From an uncultured Actinomycetota bacterium (GTDB taxonomy: Bacteria > Actinomycetota > Actinomycetes > JACCUZ01): a stretch of 64,000 nt of DNA. The stretch covers positions 73,230 to 137,229 of the forward strand of contig CAVOOW010000010.1 in NCBI GenBank assembly GCA_963697675.1. The letters run 5' to 3'. Both the position numbers and the translations under genes were made by a program. Every line of letters starts with the position of its first letter. The first letter of the stretch is position 1. Below the pieces are notes generated by a model. The model saw only the letters and a list, made by a program, of their open reading frames with translations, ran no database searches and had not been told where the DNA came from. Positions 62,085-64,000 of this stretch are shown one piece after another.

Positions 62085-62173
62085 ACGCGAGGATTGGATA
62101 GGTGTTCGGCCAACTCGTGGCCCGACAGCCATCCAATCCTGCGGGAAAGGGCGGGTCGCTCGGCGCGGTCGGG

Positions 62174-62905
62174 CTAGCGGGCGGGGACGGGATCCGGCGC
62201 GGTAGCGGGATCCATTGCCGCTGCTTCCCGCGGCGGCAGGACGAAGCGGTAGCCGACGTTGCGGACGGTGCCGATCAGCTGCTCGTGCTCGGTGCCGAGC
62301 TTGGCGCGCAACCGGCGGACGTGCACGTCGACGGTGCGCGTGCCGCCGTAGTAGTCGTAGCCCCAGACCTCTTGCAGCAGTTGGGCGCGGGTGAAGACGC
62401 GGCCCGGGTGCTGGGCGAGGAACTTGAGCAGCTCGAACTCCTTGAACGTGAGGTCGAGCGAGCGGCTCCGTACCTTCGCCGTGTAGGTGGCCTCGTCGAT
62501 GGTCACGTCGCCGCGCCGGATCTCGGTGAGCTCCTGGTCGATGTCGGAGCTCGCCGCGAGCCGGCCGATCGCCAGCCGGATGCGTGCCTCGACCTCGGCG
62601 GGCCCGGCCGAGTCGAGCAGCACGTCGTCGACGCCCCACTCCGCGGTCACCGCCGACAGTCCACCCTCCGTGGTGACGAGCAGCACCGGGCAGTTGACGC
62701 CCGTGGTGCGCAGCACCCGGCACAGCGAACGGATGTGCGGCAGCTCGCGGCGCCCGTCGATCAGCAGGGCATCGGCCGGCGGTGCCTCGAGCAGCGCAGA
62801 CGCCTCCGCGGGAGCTACCCGGAGGTGGTGGGACAGCAGACCGAGGGCAGGAAGCACCTCGGCCGAGGGCTGCAAGGCATTGGTCAGCAGCAGCAACTGG
62901 CTCAT
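62174..62905 (-). CDS. glnR: OmpR-family orphan response regulator, GlnR-like nitrogen regulator
   Basis: [32 protein letters not shown]...[23 protein letters not shown]...[11 protein letters not shown], plus a winged-helix trans_reg_C domain. Confidence 0.65.
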   Translation of the reverse strand: MSQLLLLTNALQPSAEVLPALGLLSHHLRVAPAEASALLEAPPADALLIDGRRELPHIRSLCRVLRTTGVNCPVLLVTTEGGLSAVTAEWGVDDVLLDSAGPAEVEARIRLAIGRLAASSDIDQELTEIRRGDVTIDEATYTAKVRSRSLDLTFKEFELLKFLAQHPGRVFTRAQLLQEVWGYDYYGGTRTVDVHVRRLRAKLGTEHEQLIGTVRNVGYRFVLPPREAAAMDPATAPDPVPAR

Positions 62906-63007
62906 TGGGCCCACTCCGTTCGCTAAGTGACTAGTAAACACGCCCTAGTCCCCGGTCCATCTCATCTGTCCGACCTACGAGAAGATGTGTCGAGCTCGAG
63001 GAGGGTC

Positions 63008-63250
63008 ATGGCAACCGGCACCGTGCGGTTCTGGGCGGCGGCGCGTGCGGCCGCAGGACAGGCCGAGCAGGCGTACGACGCCGCGACGCTGGGCGCCGTC
63101 GTGGCCGCCCTGGAAGCCGAGCACGGTGCGGCGCTGGCCAAGGTCCTCGCGCACTGCAGCTTCCTCGTCGACGGAGTCCGGGCCGGCCCCGATTTCGCCC
63201 TGTCCGACGGCGCCGAGATCGAGGTGCTCCCGCCCTTCGCCGGCGGCTGA
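63008..63250 (+). CDS. MoaD/ThiS-family sulfur-carrier protein
   Basis: MATGTVRFWAAARAAAG...ends ...EIEVLPPFAGG (C-terminal Gly-Gly). Confidence 0.6.
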   Translation: MATGTVRFWAAARAAAGQAEQAYDAATLGAVVAALEAEHGAALAKVLAHCSFLVDGVRAGPDFALSDGAEIEVLPPFAGG

Positions 63251-63397
63251 CGCGGGCACCGGCATGGCTCGGCAGGCGTCAAGCGATCGCTCCGTCAAGC
63301 CGTCAGCCTTGCGTCACGATCATGATGAGCCTGATCCCCCGCGCGGGCACGCCTGTCTCACACCGGTGGATCCCGGCGTTGGTGACACGATGCGTCC

Positions 63398-64000
63398 ATG
63401 ATCGCCGCGGTTGCTGCCTCGGTCGCCGCGGGACTCGCGGTGGTCCTCGGCATTGCCGCGGCGGGGCCGGTCGGCGTGCTGGTGGCGGCGATCGGCCTGC
63501 TCCAGCTGCTGGTTGCCGCGCGCTGGTTTGGCGCTCTCGGCGTTTCCGCTGCCGCTCGCGGTGGGGCCTTCGTCGGCGCCGCCGCAGCCATCGGGGCTGG
63601 TCTGGCGGTCGCGCTGCGTGACGAACGTCACCCGCTGGCGCCCGTCACCGCTGTCCTCGGGCTGGCGATGCTCGCCGCCATGCTGCACCAACTCGTTCGC
63701 CGCGACGGTCGCGACCACCTGACGGACTCCCTCACCGCGACGGTGTCGTTGGCCGTCGTCGGGTCGCTGGGTGCCTGCTACCTCGGCGCCGCGTCGAGCC
63801 GGGACGGCACGGCCTTCGTCGTGGCTGGCGTCGCGGGAGCCGCCCTCGCCGTCGTCGCCGCGGCACTGCCAGGACCGGAGCCGCTCGTTGCCGGCGCCGG
63901 ACTCCTCGCCGGGGCTGCCGCGGGAGTCGTGGTCGGCGTGCTGAGCGATCTGGGACCGCGCACCGGCGGGCTCGTCGGGCTCTGCTGCGCGGTTGCCGCC
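63398..64000 (+). CDS. Hypothetical polytopic membrane protein, runs off the window end
   Basis: ATG at 63398. Open to position 64000 with repeated hydrophobic stretches. Absent from the ORF table because there is no stop in the window. Confidence 0.35.
   Translation, partial: MIAAVAASVAAGLAVVLGIAAAGPVGVLVAAIGLLQLLVAARWFGALGVSAAARGGAFVGAAAAIGAGLAVALRDERHPLAPVTAVLGLAMLAAMLHQLVRRDGRDHLTDSLTATVSLAVVGSLGACYLGAASSRDGTAFVVAGVAGAALAVVAAALPGPEPLVAGAGLLAGAAAGVVVGVLSDLGPRTGGLVGLCCAVAA

Overview
High-GC (about 70%) actinobacterial chromosome segment. Mycothiol synthase (mshD), a GlnR-type regulator, a Gly-Cys-Val tRNA cluster and a pstSCAB/pit/DUF47 phosphate locus point to Actinomycetota. About 3.6-41.7 kb is a mosaic accessory region. 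It is punctuated by at least six copies of a roughly 170-250 bp repeat that carries the 3' half of tRNA-Lys(UUU), from the anticodon loop to the CCA end. About 95 nt of the native tRNA-Lys downstream flank and/or a conserved roughly 130-nt non-tRNA arm are attached to that half. The single intact tRNA-Lys gene (41634..41707, minus strand) sits at the boundary of this region and has an IS481-family element inserted at its extreme 3' end. The repeats separate functionally distinct gene blocks. Block 1 is a sulfide-detoxification set (SQR, TusE/DsrC-like, DsrE-like, OsmC). Block 2 is a membrane protein and an SLC13 permease. Block 3 is an IS110 element plus an RTX-like secreted protein. Block 4 is two LuxR regulators, two flavin monooxygenases and OsmC. 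Block 5 is a decayed two-component, binding-protein and TolB-like block. This looks like serial site-specific accretion of integrase-less islands at tRNA-Lys, or a tRNA-derived MITE family. Three IS elements are present: an IS3 that carries a group II intron (splice sites and domain V identified), an IS110 and an IS481. The core part (41.7-64 kb) encodes an MFS pump, an HxlR regulator, a large membrane-embedded patatin-like lipase, a cysteine desulfurase-like protein, PrsW, an aminotransferase, DUF47-Pit, a DUF559 gene bracketed by compound inverted repeats, pstSCAB, mshD, a 5'-nucleotidase, glnR and a MoaD-like protein. Caveat: many genes show single-nucleotide frameshifts, including the housekeeping pstS and pstC. 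Some or all of these may be assembly indel errors rather than pseudogenes. The frameshifts are concentrated in 33-41 kb and in the IS elements.
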